Shown here: in pieces, positions 35,501 through 47,500 of the stretch
Position numbering within the stretch: position 1 is the stretch's first letter
Layout of the letters: every line of letters begins with the position of its first letter
Source: a virus
Reading direction: 5' to 3' (one strand)
DNA: 64,000 nt
IMG/VR virus record: IMGVR_UViG_3300045107_000159
Span: 1-64,000 of that record
Program-made: the position numbers and the translations under genes
The notes under the pieces: generated by a model
Told to the model about the DNA's origin: nothing
Databases searched by the model: none
Seen by the model: the letters and a program-made list of their open reading frames with translations, nothing else

Positions 35501-38500
35501 GTACCTTCCGCAGACTCCGGAGGCGGTTAAGACCCGTGCCGCGCACGTCGAGCGAATCCAGGAGATCGCCAACCGGATTCCCGATCTCCGCCGGCGGGCG
35601 GCCGCCGCTCCGCAAAATTTGCGACGGTTCCCGGCCGGCGCCGGCGTCGGGACTGAGAACGGCCCGGAAAGCCGGCTTTTCCGCTCGGTCACGAACCCGG
35701 AGGGCGGCGTACCGCAGACCGAAAGTGGCTATTCGCCGGGGGCCGGTTTCGAGCGCCTGGCCGAGAAGTCGCGCGGGCCGGTCGAAGACCAGACTTCGCT
35801 GCTCACCGCCATTCGGCGTATGGGCGGGATTAGCGACGACGGCGACACGTCGGGCGAACTCCGCCGGATCGGACTGAAGGAAGCCGGTACGACCGGCCTG
35901 GCGCGTCGCGACGGCCATTCCCCGGACACCATGCGCGAAATGCTGGCGTCCGAAGGCTACCTGCCGAAGGATTCGACCGTCAGCGACATGTATGACGCGA
36001 TCGAGGGCGAGCTGCGCGGCCGCGGGTCGAGCCGCGAATCTTCCGAGGAGGACCTCTCGCGCCATTACGAGGAAGAAGCCGAGCGCGAAAAGGCGCTCGG
36101 CGACATCGATCTGCGCCTCCGGACCGGAGAAATCGACCAATTCGACGCCACGCGCGAGCGTAACAAACTGGTCCGCCCGCAATACACGCCGGCGGAAACC
36201 GGTACCGAGCCTATCGAGAGTTACAGCCGTAGCCCTCATCTAGCGGGCGGGACGATTGAGCTCGACGGCGCGACGTACCTTGTCAGAAACGAGCAGGGCG
36301 ACGTCCTGGGCGCCAACGCGAATAAGATGGCGGCCGTTCGTAACGCGGAAGACCGCGCCAGTGGTAGCGGCGACTTCGCGATCAATGAGGAGGGGCGCTC
36401 CGTTTACGCCCCTCAATCTGAAGAGAAAAACGTCACGCCGAGACTCGTCCGGCCGACTGAGCGCGAATCCGTTCCCAAAGCCACGGCCGAAAATATTGAC
36501 GAGCTGCGGCGCAGACGTGATGTATTATCCCGCCTCCGCGCTGACCGGGGCGGGGAGATGTCCGACGACCTCGAAGACGAGTACAAAGAGCTCGGGGCGC
36601 AGATCATCCCCTACGAGGACTCGCAGAGGACGCCGGAGGAGAAGCGCGCGTTAGAGCAGGCGCCCCCCTGGGCTGACACCCGACCGTGGCGGCCGCCGAC
36701 GCGCAAAGAAACGCTCCGCGCGGTCGAAACCGCCGAGCGCGAAGTCGACGAAGAGATCGCCGAGGCCGTCGAAAGCGCTGACCCTGAAGAGGCCGAACTC
36801 CTCGAAAACGCCGCGCAACTTGTTGACGGACTTCTCGGCAGAGTGAACGCGGACGTCGACACCGCGGAACTGCTTGAACTTGCCATAGGAGGCGATGCCG
36901 ATGCTGAAGCGACCCTTACCCGATACGCCGAGCGAAAGCTCAACGCCGGCGCTGACGCCGTTCGAGACCTTATCGAGGCCGGACGATCTGAGCGAGAGCG
37001 AGAGCGAACAGCCGAGCGACCAGACGAGCGACCAGACGAGCGGCGAGACGAACGACCAGGAGCTGAAGAACGCGAAAGCGAGAGTCGCGATGAAACGGGC
37101 GCTCCTGTCGCAGCACCGGAGGAGCGGCCTCAAGAGCCAGGCGCACCGAGCCGCCCGGCGTCCGCGCAGACACTAGACCTTCTTTCCGTCGACCCGGCGA
37201 CCGTGGCGGTCGCCGACTTCGACACCTACCTCGGATCCCTCGAACAACTCAGAAACGATCAGCTGGTCGGCAAGGTGGAGCTCGAAGATTGGGCTAACCG
37301 ACAGCTCCGGGCTAAGCTGAAGCGCGCCAACGAAGTCCGCGTGAAGCTCCGCAAGGAAGGCAAGCTCGGGCCGAAGAACCCACCCCGCCAAGGTAAACAG
37401 AAGCAGCTGAAGAAAGACGAGCTCGGCCGTCGCCTGATGGCGGAGCAAGGCCTTGGCGCTCGCCTCGAAGAAGCCATCGCCGGGTACGGGCGCGGTCTCG
37501 TTTCCATTTCCGATCTGCGCTCGCAATTCCCGGACGTCGGCAAAGAAGCCTTCGACCGCGAAATCGGCAAACTTCACGACCAGCAGCGAGTCGCGCTGCA
37601 TGAGCATGACTGGCCAGCCGGCATGACCGAGGACGCGCGCAACGCCCTCGTCGAAAGGCCGGCCCGGGATGCGCGGACGGGCCAGCCCGGCAAGGCTTAT
37701 TACAACGGCGTCACGCTGCGTGAAGGCGTTAAGCCTGGCGAGGAGGTAAAGCCGAAGGAAGGCCCGACGCTCTACCACGGCTCGCACGAGGCGCTCACCG
37801 CGCTCGGCGTCCGGACGCCGAAAACCTTCGACAGCTTCGGCACCTGGTTTACGAGCGATCCGGAGCTCGCCGGCCATTACGGCGCGAACGTGTACGAGTC
37901 CAAACTGCCGGCGGATTTGAACCTGATCGAGTACGAGGGTAACGGCCAGACCGGAGACCCGACCGCCGACATCAACCGGAAAATCCTCGCCAGCCCCGAT
38001 GTGGCCAGGCGGAGCGGCTTTGAGAAAGAGGCCGCCATCCTCGAAAAGACGCAACCGGACACGCCCCGCCTGAACGAGCTCACGCGCAAGTTGGAACATT
38101 CCGGCCAGCCGCTGACGCCGGCGGAGCAGAAAGAGCTCCGGCAATTGCGGGAAGCCGCGGACGCCTCGCGGACACTCGGCAAAAGCCAGCGTTACATGCA
38201 GACGTTGCGCCAACAGACTGAGGCCGCCGGCTATGACGGCATTGTCTGGCGGAACGTGATGTACGACGTCTCCGACAGGCCGCACGACGTTTACGTGATC
38301 TTCAACAAAGAAGATTTACCGGTCACGAAGCGCCAGGCCGCCGCGCCGAAGGCGAAGCCCGTCGAAGCGGCGAAGCCGGCCGCCGCCGCGGAGATGACGC
38401 CGGAGGAGATGATCGCCGAGGACGAGCGGCGCGAAGTCGCGCGCGTGAAGCGCATCGACGACTTTATCAACGACCATAACGAAACGCCCTTCCAGGCGCC

Positions 38501-41500
38501 GTTACGCGACGGCAAGTCGCTGATCGTCCACCGCTCCGTTAAGCCGGAGTACAAGGACAAGTGGCAGGTCACATGGCTCGACAAGGACGGCGAGCCCTTC
38601 AGAGACACCGCGTTCAAAGACTTCCGCGAGACGCTGGACGAGCTCACGCGCTTTTACGGACTCGACCTCGACCAGGCCTCGGTCGCGCCGGCCGCACAGG
38701 CGCAGCCGCAGGCCTCCGCGCCGGCGGAGTTCGGCGCCGAGAACAAAGTCTTCACGCGCGACCGCGCCGACAAAGCGCGCGACCTCCTGAAGAAGAAATT
38801 CGCCGAGATGTCGCGGCAGACGAACGCCGGCGTCCCGATCGATCCGGAGATGATCCAAGCCGGCGTGGACCTGGTCGGTTATTACGTCGAGGGCGGCGCG
38901 CGCACGTTTGCGGACCTGACCAAGCGCATCATTGGCGACTTGGGCGAGTCCGCCCGGCCGTACGTGAAGTCTTGGTATCTGGCCGTGCGGAATTATCCGG
39001 GCTTCGATAAGAGCGGGATGGAATCGGAAGCCGATCTCGACCGCCTCGAATCCGGCGAAGAACAGCCGACGCTCACTCATCGGGATCCCGAACTTGACCG
39101 CAAGCCGATACTCGCCGAGACGAAAGACGGCCGCAAGATCGTCGCCAACCCCGCGAACGAGAGCGGGGTGTCCGTAGTAAAGGACCGCTCAGAGGACATG
39201 GGCGGATACTCGTCTAGTTCGACGCAGGTCGACCTGCCGAAAGACATCGCGGACCAGGTCGTCGCGTTTGGTAAGAAAATCCCCGACTCCGCGCTGACGG
39301 GAGACGGTCGCGAGAAGCGGCCGCATGTCACGATCCTCTATGGCCTACATGGTTTCGACCCGAAGTTCGTCCAGGCGGCGCTGGAAGGCGAGCGGCCTGT
39401 CAAAGTCACGTTTGGTAAGGTGTCACTCTTCGAAAACGACGAGAGGGACGTGGTCAAAGTCGATGTAACGAGTCCGGATTTGCACCGCCTCTATGCAAAA
39501 GTTCTCAAGTCTCAGCCGAACACACAAACCTTCCCCGAGTACAAGCCGCACGCGACGATCGCCTATGTGCGAAAAGGCCAGGGCGCGAAGTACGTCGGCG
39601 ACAACTTCCTCGAAGGGAAGTCCATCACGCTCGACAAGGTCGTTTTCTCCGGGCGCGACGGCGAGGAGACGGAGATCCAGTTAAACGGCAAGCCGGCCGA
39701 GCAGTTGGACGAAACTCAGGCGGCCGAACCCGTGGAAGCGCCGGCGGAGCAGCCCGCGGCCCGCGACTACGGCACGCCGGCGGAGCCGAACATTCCTGAC
39801 CTGGCGGCCGCGTTCTCTGAAAAATTTGCAAAAGGCGAGGGCTTCCGCACGACGGCCGAGGCGCGCGCGTACGCTGCCGAGCTCCTTGGCGGCGAAGTCG
39901 GGGCCGGATCGCCGGCGGCGAAGCAGATCGACGAGGCGGTTGAACTCGGCGCCGTGCGCGCCGGGCGCGACTTGGCCGCCAAGGGACTTTCGTCGGCGGA
40001 GACTTACGCCGGCATGCTGAAGATCCTCGACGCTCAGCCGACGCTCAACGAACGCACGTCCACGTCCATCGCGAACCAGGCCTTTTCTACGCCGGTACCG
40101 CTGGCTTTCGCCGCGCAGCAGCTCGCCGGCGTCGACGAAAAAACGACGGTCTACGAGCCGACGGCGGGCAACGGCGCGCTCGTGATGGCGGCGAAGCCCG
40201 AGAACATTACGGCGAACGAGCTCAATCCGGAGCGCGCGGCCAACCTGCGCGAATCGATCGACGCGGCCGAAGTCTCGAACGCCGACGCCACGCAGTTCGA
40301 CCCGGGCAAAAAGTTCGACGTCGTGATCGCGAATCCCCCATTCGGCCCGGTTCGGACCGAGAACGGGTCAAAGCGGTTCCAGACGCCATTCGGCGAGACC
40401 ACGGAAATCGACCACGCGATCGCGTTCAAGGCGTTAGAGTCGATGAAGGACGACGGGAGCGCGGTTTTGATCGTCGGCGGAATCTCGCCCCTGGCCAAGT
40501 CGGAGGAGGCGCGATCGGACGCGTACAACACCTCAGCGAAAAGACGCTTCTATTTTTACTTGTACCAAAATTATAATGTTGTCGACCATTTCACGGCCGC
40601 CGGTTCCATGTACAAAAAGCAGGGCGCGGGCTGGCCTGTAGACGTGATCGTAATTAAGGGGCGCGGAAAGTCGGGGCTGGAGCTCCCGGCCGTCGAAGTT
40701 CCGCGGATCATCAGCAACTATGACGAACTCGGCAATCTTATCGAGAACCCCCGCCAGCCAGCCGCAAGGCCGGCCTCAAATCGTGTATTGGAGTCCGGGG
40801 AACGCGGAGCTCGGAGTGATCAAGGCGGCGGTAGACATGCCGATCAGCCACGCGGATTACGTCGACCTTCTGTGTCAACGGCTGGAGGAGAGGCTCAAGC
40901 GGGAGGAAAATCCGGAGCAAGTCCTGGCGGACGCCCGCGAACAACTCCGAAGCTCGTTCGGGAGCCTAACTTATTTGAAGACGCCGACCGAGTGGATTCT
41001 GGAAAACCCGCAGATACAGGAGAGACTCAACTCCCTGCGCGTGAGCCCGCCCAAGGGCTTCCGGATGAAACCAGGTCCGGACCAGCAGCGGCTGCGGGAG
41101 GCTTACGAACAGACCAGTCTGCTCCAGTGGGTGGACGAACTGACGTGGGGGCTCGACGAACACCTGTCGTAGCCGAAACCGAGTCACATTCCCCTTACAA
41201 ACCGCTTAGCAAAGCCAACAGCCTGAACGTCGCAGTCCCTAGGAATATGAGCGGGGCGACGGAAAAGGCTCTCTCCGACTTCGAGGAGCGCCACGGCTCC
41301 CCGGACGAATACCTGGCCGAAAAACTCGGCTACGACGTCAAAGACATCCCGAAATATTTCGGCGCCGAACAGGTCGACGCTGTCGCGCTGGCCGTCTCGA
41401 ACATCGAGGCGGGTAAGGGTTTCGTGATCGGAGACCAGACCGGAATCGGCAAAGGGCGCACGAATGCGGCGATAATCCGCTACGCGATCAAGAACGGGAA

Positions 41501-44500
41501 GACGCCGATCTTCGTGACGCAGAAGCCCGCGCTCTACGCCGACATGATTCGCGACCTGTCGGACATCGGTATGCCGAACGCGCGCGTCCTCATCACCAAC
41601 GGCGGCGAGTCGATCCCGCTCAACGACGCCGGCACGGAATGGATGCAGGCGGTTAAGGACGCCAAGGACAAGGACCAAAAGGCGCCGCCGAAACCCTCCG
41701 ACGCGAAAGTCTTCCGCGCGAAACCCGACCACGATCAAATGCTCGAGCGCTTGGCGCAGTCCGGCAAACTCGCCGGCTATGACGTTGTCTTCACGACCTA
41801 CGACCAGATGAACCCGCAGGGCGGCAAGTTCGACCGACCGCGACATGGGGCCGTGTCTAGGTTGGGTGACGGTGGCGTAGTAATTCTGGACGAGTCCCAC
41901 ACCGCCGGCGGGACGGAGCCGGGCGCGCGGAGCAATCCGAACCAGCAGACGCGAAGTAAGTTTTTCCGCCAGCTTGTCAATAAGGCGGGGTCGGTTTTCT
42001 ACAGCTCGGCGACGTATGCCAAGCGTCCCGACGTGATGGATTTATATTCGAAAACCGACCTCGGCCAACTCGGCGGCAACAAGACGAGCCTGGCCGACCT
42101 CTTCCACCGCGGCGGCGTCGCGCTCCAGCAGGTCGTGGCGTCGAAACTGGCCGAGGCCGGCCAATATCTCCGGCGCGAGCGCACCTTCGACGGCATCCGC
42201 TACGACCCGCAGGTCGTCAAGGTCGAGAAGGAGCAGGCCGAACACGTTAGCCGCGCCATGGCGGTTATCGCCGCTTTCGACGAGGCGAAGAAGGGCGCGA
42301 TCAAGGCTCTCGACAAAGAGGCCAAGCGCGAGGGCAAGTCGCTGAGCGGCGACGGCTCGACCGGATCGGCGGGAGCCGATTCCACGAACTTTACGTCGTT
42401 GATGCACAACGTCGTCGACCAGATGCTGCTCGGACTGAAGGCGGAGCCGGCCGCGCAGCAGGCCATCGAGGCGATTAAGCGCGGCGAAAAGCCCGTCTTG
42501 ACGGTCTCGAACACGATGGAGTCCTTCTTGAAAGAGGCGGGGCTCTCGCCGGGCGACCCCGTCGATCTGTCCTTCCGGGACATCCTTCTGCGATACCTGA
42601 ATCGAAGCCGCGACGTTACCATTCGGGACCGCGACGGTAAACGATCGCGGCGGCCGCTGAGCGACGACGAACTCGCCCGGGGCGGCGCGCTCAGCGCCTT
42701 CGAGGCGGCCGAAGACTTCATCCGCGACGCCGATTTCGCGGACATTCCAATCTCGCCGATCGACTACGTCCGCCAAAAAATTCAGGCGGCCGGCTATTCG
42801 GTGGACGAGATCACCGGCCGCGGGACGCAGGTCGATTACACCGGCAAAATGCCGATCTTGAAAGCCAGGTCGTCGGCCGATACGAAGGTCGCCGGACGCC
42901 GGCGCGTCATTCAGCAGTTCAATAACGGCAAGCTCGACGCGCTGATTCTTAACCAGGCCGGATCCACCGGTATCAGCCTGCACGCCTCCGAAAAGGTTGA
43001 GGACAAGAACGTGCGGCACATGATCATCTGGCAGCCCGAGAAGAACATTGACACTCACATGCAGATGCTCGGGCGCGTCAACAGGACCGGCCAGGTCGTC
43101 GTCCCTCGCTACACGCAGATGATCGCGGACGTCCCCGCCGAGAAGCGGCCGGCCGCCGTGCTTCTGAAGAAAATGGCTTCGCTCAACGCCAACACGACCG
43201 CCTCCCGCAAGTCGGCCGTCCAGACCGAAGGCGTTACGGACTTTATGAACGAGCTCGGCGACGAAGTGATCGCGCGGTTGATGGCGACCGAGGGCGACAT
43301 CCACCGCAAGCTCGGCAGTCCGCTCGATTACGACGGCGATTCGATGGCTTCGGCCGAAGCGGCGCGCCGCGTGACCGGCCGCATTCCCCTCCTGCCGATC
43401 GCGGAGCAGGAGGCGCTATACGACCGCATCGAGCAGGAATACAAGGATTATCTCGAACAGCGCGACGCGATGGGCGACAATCCGCTCGAAGCGAAGACGA
43501 TGGACTTTCGCGCGGAAACCCTCAAAAAAGATTTGCTCGTCGAGGGCACGCCGGGCAGTCCGTTCAGCGAGCCGGCGTACCTGGAGCGCGTTAAAATCCA
43601 GGTTCCCGTCAAACCGTACACGCAGGCCGAAGTAATGGGGATGCTGCGCGATAACCTCGGCCTCGGCGAGTCGGCCGAGCTCGGCGAACTGCAGCAGGCA
43701 GGGAAGCGCCAGGTCAAGGAACTCCGCGACCAGGTGCGGGCCCGCGTCGACGATTTCAAGGACAACATGGCGTCGGAGTACGACAGCGACGCCACCCTAC
43801 AGGCGCAGCGGCAGAAGGCCGACCAGACGTTCTTGCGGTGGAACGCGATCGCGAATCTCGTCACCCCGGGGTCGACCGTCACGGTCGAGACGCCGTCCGG
43901 GAGCGTGTCCGGCGTAGTTATCAGCCTGCAGGAGCGCGGGAAGCCGAAGAACCCGGCCGCCTTCGGCGCCTGGCAGGCGCGCCTTGCCGTCCTCGACGGC
44001 CGCGAGCTCCGCTTTAGCTTCAACGACTTGGTCGACAAGGGCGGCCAGCCGCGCGTGAAGTTCACCGACGAAGTTCAACGCTTCAACCAGGAGACGGGGC
44101 TTTTCGAGTATCGGCCGATGCTCCCCGAGTTCGACGATTCGCAGGGGCTGAAGAAGCAGACGCGTTACATGGTGACCGGCAACATCGTTTCCGGTTATTC
44201 GAAGATCCCCAAGGGGCAAATCCTCAACTACACGGACGCCGACGGCGTGGTGCGCCAGGGCGTGCTTATGCCGGCGAATTTCGACGCGGACAAGGCGATG
44301 CAGGAAATGCCTGTGGAGTTCAAATCCGCGGACCACGTCCTCCAATTCATCGACAAGTCTGGCGCCGTGACGCTCTCCGACCCGCAACCGGCTTTCAGAA
44401 TTTCGCGCGGCAAGAATGGCAAGGTTTTGATGGCGGCCTCCGGGCAAAAGGCGAACGCCGGAAAAATCATCCTCAGTCCGGCCTTGCGAGACATGGGCAT

Positions 44501-47500
44501 CGAGTTTTCCGGCAACCGCACGCGCATGACGGCGCAAATGGACCAGGAGACCGCCCGCCGCGCGATTTGGGGCATCCTCTCGGGCGAGGTAACCGGGGAG
44601 CCTGAAACGCTTCAGGCCGAAAACCTGCGCGACGTGGCGAAAGGGATCGTCAGCAGCGGCTCCGGGCCGGCGCGAGAGCGGTCGCGGGATTGGCAGACGA
44701 AATCGGTCGCGATGGCCGAATCGCTGGCCGACATCGCCGAAAATACTCGAATCCGCGTTCCGAAGTCTCCGTCCCGCGCCAACATGATCTATGGCAATGA
44801 GCAGGCTCACGCCTGGGTCGATAAGGCTGATACGCGCATTCATGGCGTACGGGAGCCCTTCAACGGGATGAACCTGTCGAAGCAGGAGGCCAAGCAGATG
44901 GCGGAGGAAATCCGCCGCGAGAAGTACTGGTGGAGAGACGAGGCCCCGGACGTCAAACGCCGGGCCGACGCCGCGATCGACAAGCTGGCCGACGCCTTCG
45001 ACAACGCCGCGGACAAGTTCGACCGCGTGATCTACGTTCGCGCGCAGGGGCGCGGGTTCCGCAATCTGCGCGGCACTGTATATCACGAGCTCACGCACAA
45101 CGCGGAGCGGACGTACCGCTCGGTCAAGGGCTGGTTCGCGGCGCAACCGGTCTTTGAGAAGATCAAGGCGGCGCTCGAAGACAAGGGTTACAAGCCCCAC
45201 GAGATGATTTCCGAGTCGGTGGCGCACATCCTCGGTGGACAGCGCCGCCAGTTAGGCTTATCGTTGAAGGAGGCGGTGGATTACCTCGACAGTTATTTTG
45301 CAAATATTTCATTCGCGAACGGTCGCGAATCCGTCAACTCGTTTAATCCGATGAACGCCGCGCCGGAAATGCGCCAGGCGCTGCGCGAAGCAAAGGAGAA
45401 ACATGGGCCAAGAGAACCAGTTAGAATTGATGAAGAGGCGATTCAGCGAGCGATACGGCGACGCTCCGGAGGCGACGGAGAATCCGGAGAGCGGGACCGA
45501 CCTTTACGACGACCTCAGCCAGGCGAAGGAGGCTTGGCAGACGCGGGGCAAAGACGGCTTGAAAGACCTACTGGAGTCGCGAGAGAACGAGTCGCGGCCG
45601 ACGAAGACGACGAGCTGACGCCGCACGAGAAGCTTGTCGAGGATTTCGGGAAAGACCGCGATTACATTTCCGATTTCTTTTACGACGACCTTCCCGGCAA
45701 ATTCGACCCGAAAAAACTGATCACCGACCAGTCGCGCGCCATTTGGGACGCTTACCATAAGCGCCTGAGCGACTTCGTCGAGGACTTCTCAGGCCAGCCC
45801 GCCAAAATGGCCGCTCAAATTAAAGCCGCGCAGGCCGAACTCAGCCAGGGCGAGAGCGAGTACCAACGGCTTAATGACCGTTATTACGCACTCCCCGAGG
45901 ATTCCGCCGAAGAGGCCGAAGTCATGGAGAAGATGGAGGCCCTCGAAGCCTCGAACGCGCAGCTCGAAGAAAAAATCGACTACCTCCAAGACGAGCATGG
46001 CTATCTGAAGAACGATGTCCGGGAGTTTAAGCGTCTGGTCGAGCGCAACACCCGTTATGATGAGGCGGACATCGAAAGCGACCTCGGGCGCGAGGCCAAC
46101 CACAAAATCTTCCAGATCGAAAACGAGCGCGACGACGCAATGCGGAAGGCCTTGTCCGATTTACAGAATCCGCCGGCGTCGAAGCCGGATTTCGTCGTCG
46201 AGGCCGAGCAGCGTCTGCGTGAGGCGGCCGCCGGCCAGCTGGCGGGGTCCGGGACGAGGCAGCTCGCCGACCTGGCGATCGTCACTGGCTGGCGCGTCTA
46301 CGAGAAAGGCATGTCCTTCGCGCAGTGGGCGCGCGAGGTCGTCGCAAACCATGGCGACAAGATTCGCCCGTACCTGCAAGGGGCTTGGCGCAAGGTCCGG
46401 AGCGCGAAGGCCGATCAGAAAGTCGGCCGGTCCATCGAACGTCTCTCGGATGAGTATGACTCTCTTACGGACAGGCAGGGCGATCTTCGCAAGGCGATGT
46501 TTGGCCACGCCGACGCCGTCGAAGCGGCGACCAATGAGCGGTACTCGATCGACGAAGACGTCCGCCGGCTGAACGAGCAGCTTAAAAACTCGGTCGCGAA
46601 CACCAGGGCGGCGCAGGCGGCTATCCGCCGTTTGGCCATCGACTCCGAAAGCCCGGAGATCACGAAAGAGAAGGCGCGGCTCGATCGGCAGATCGTCGAA
46701 GGCCGCAAGAATATCGAGCGCCTAAAAGCCCGCCTCGACCGTATCCGCGACGAACGCGACCACATAGGCGACGAGCTGGAGACCTTCGAGGCATGGGACC
46801 AGCCGCGGCTCGACCCCAAAATGGAGGATTGGGCGAAACGCGTCTCAGAAATCCGGAAAGAGCGGCACGCGGAGCAGGCGAAGAAACGCCCCCCGGGGAC
46901 TTACATGGGCGCCGGTTTCGGTTCGTTGCAGGCGCTTTTCGACAGCAAGCCGGCGCCGAAAACGACGCCGCTGCGCGAAGTCGTGAACAAACTCGGTCAC
47001 GAGCCGCTAGGCGTCGACCCGGCGCAGGTCGCGAAGGCCACTCAGGAGCAGTTCATTGAAGCGCTCTCGAAGGGCAAGAACGGCACGTTGCCCGGCGCGC
47101 GCGCGCAGTATTGGGCCGAGAAGCTCGGCGCGAAGAAGACCGCCGACCGCCTGGCCGAGAAACAGGCCAAATTCATCGAAGACGGCGTCGACCTAGTCGC
47201 CAAGATCGCGGACGCGACCGAGCGCATGGCGAAAGCGCAGCGGGGAAGCGCCGAGTACGAAAAGGCCAAATCCGACCAGGACCGCGCCCGGATCAAGCTG
47301 GCGAATCAGTTCTCGAAGGCGGGCGAGTACACCCACCCGTTCGACTACGCCGCGAAAGCGTACAAGGCCTCACTGCTGAGCGCGCTGCACATCCCCTATT
47401 TCAACATCGTGGCGCAGGTCGCGCAGTTCCCCTTCCATGAGGCTCAAAAGGCGGCGGACTGGCTCGTCCCTCAATCCGTGTTCAAAAAGTGGGGCATCCC

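Noticed and set aside
35000-37180. K/E/R-rich and ERPDERPDERRDERPG low-complexity stretches of the giant ORF, including the short DNA tandem GAGCGACCAGAC x2 near 37010.
   Set aside because: They are consistent with coiled-coil or disordered linkers between domains. Unlike the islands at 40.7 and 45.4 kb, I saw no frame-switch signature here.
43326-43340. DYDGD peptide in the giant ORF, resembling the DxDGD metal-binding motif of multisubunit-type and crAss-like virion RNA polymerases.
   Set aside because: It is an isolated pentapeptide at the tail of the helicase C-terminal region. I saw no double-psi beta-barrel context or other RNAP motifs.
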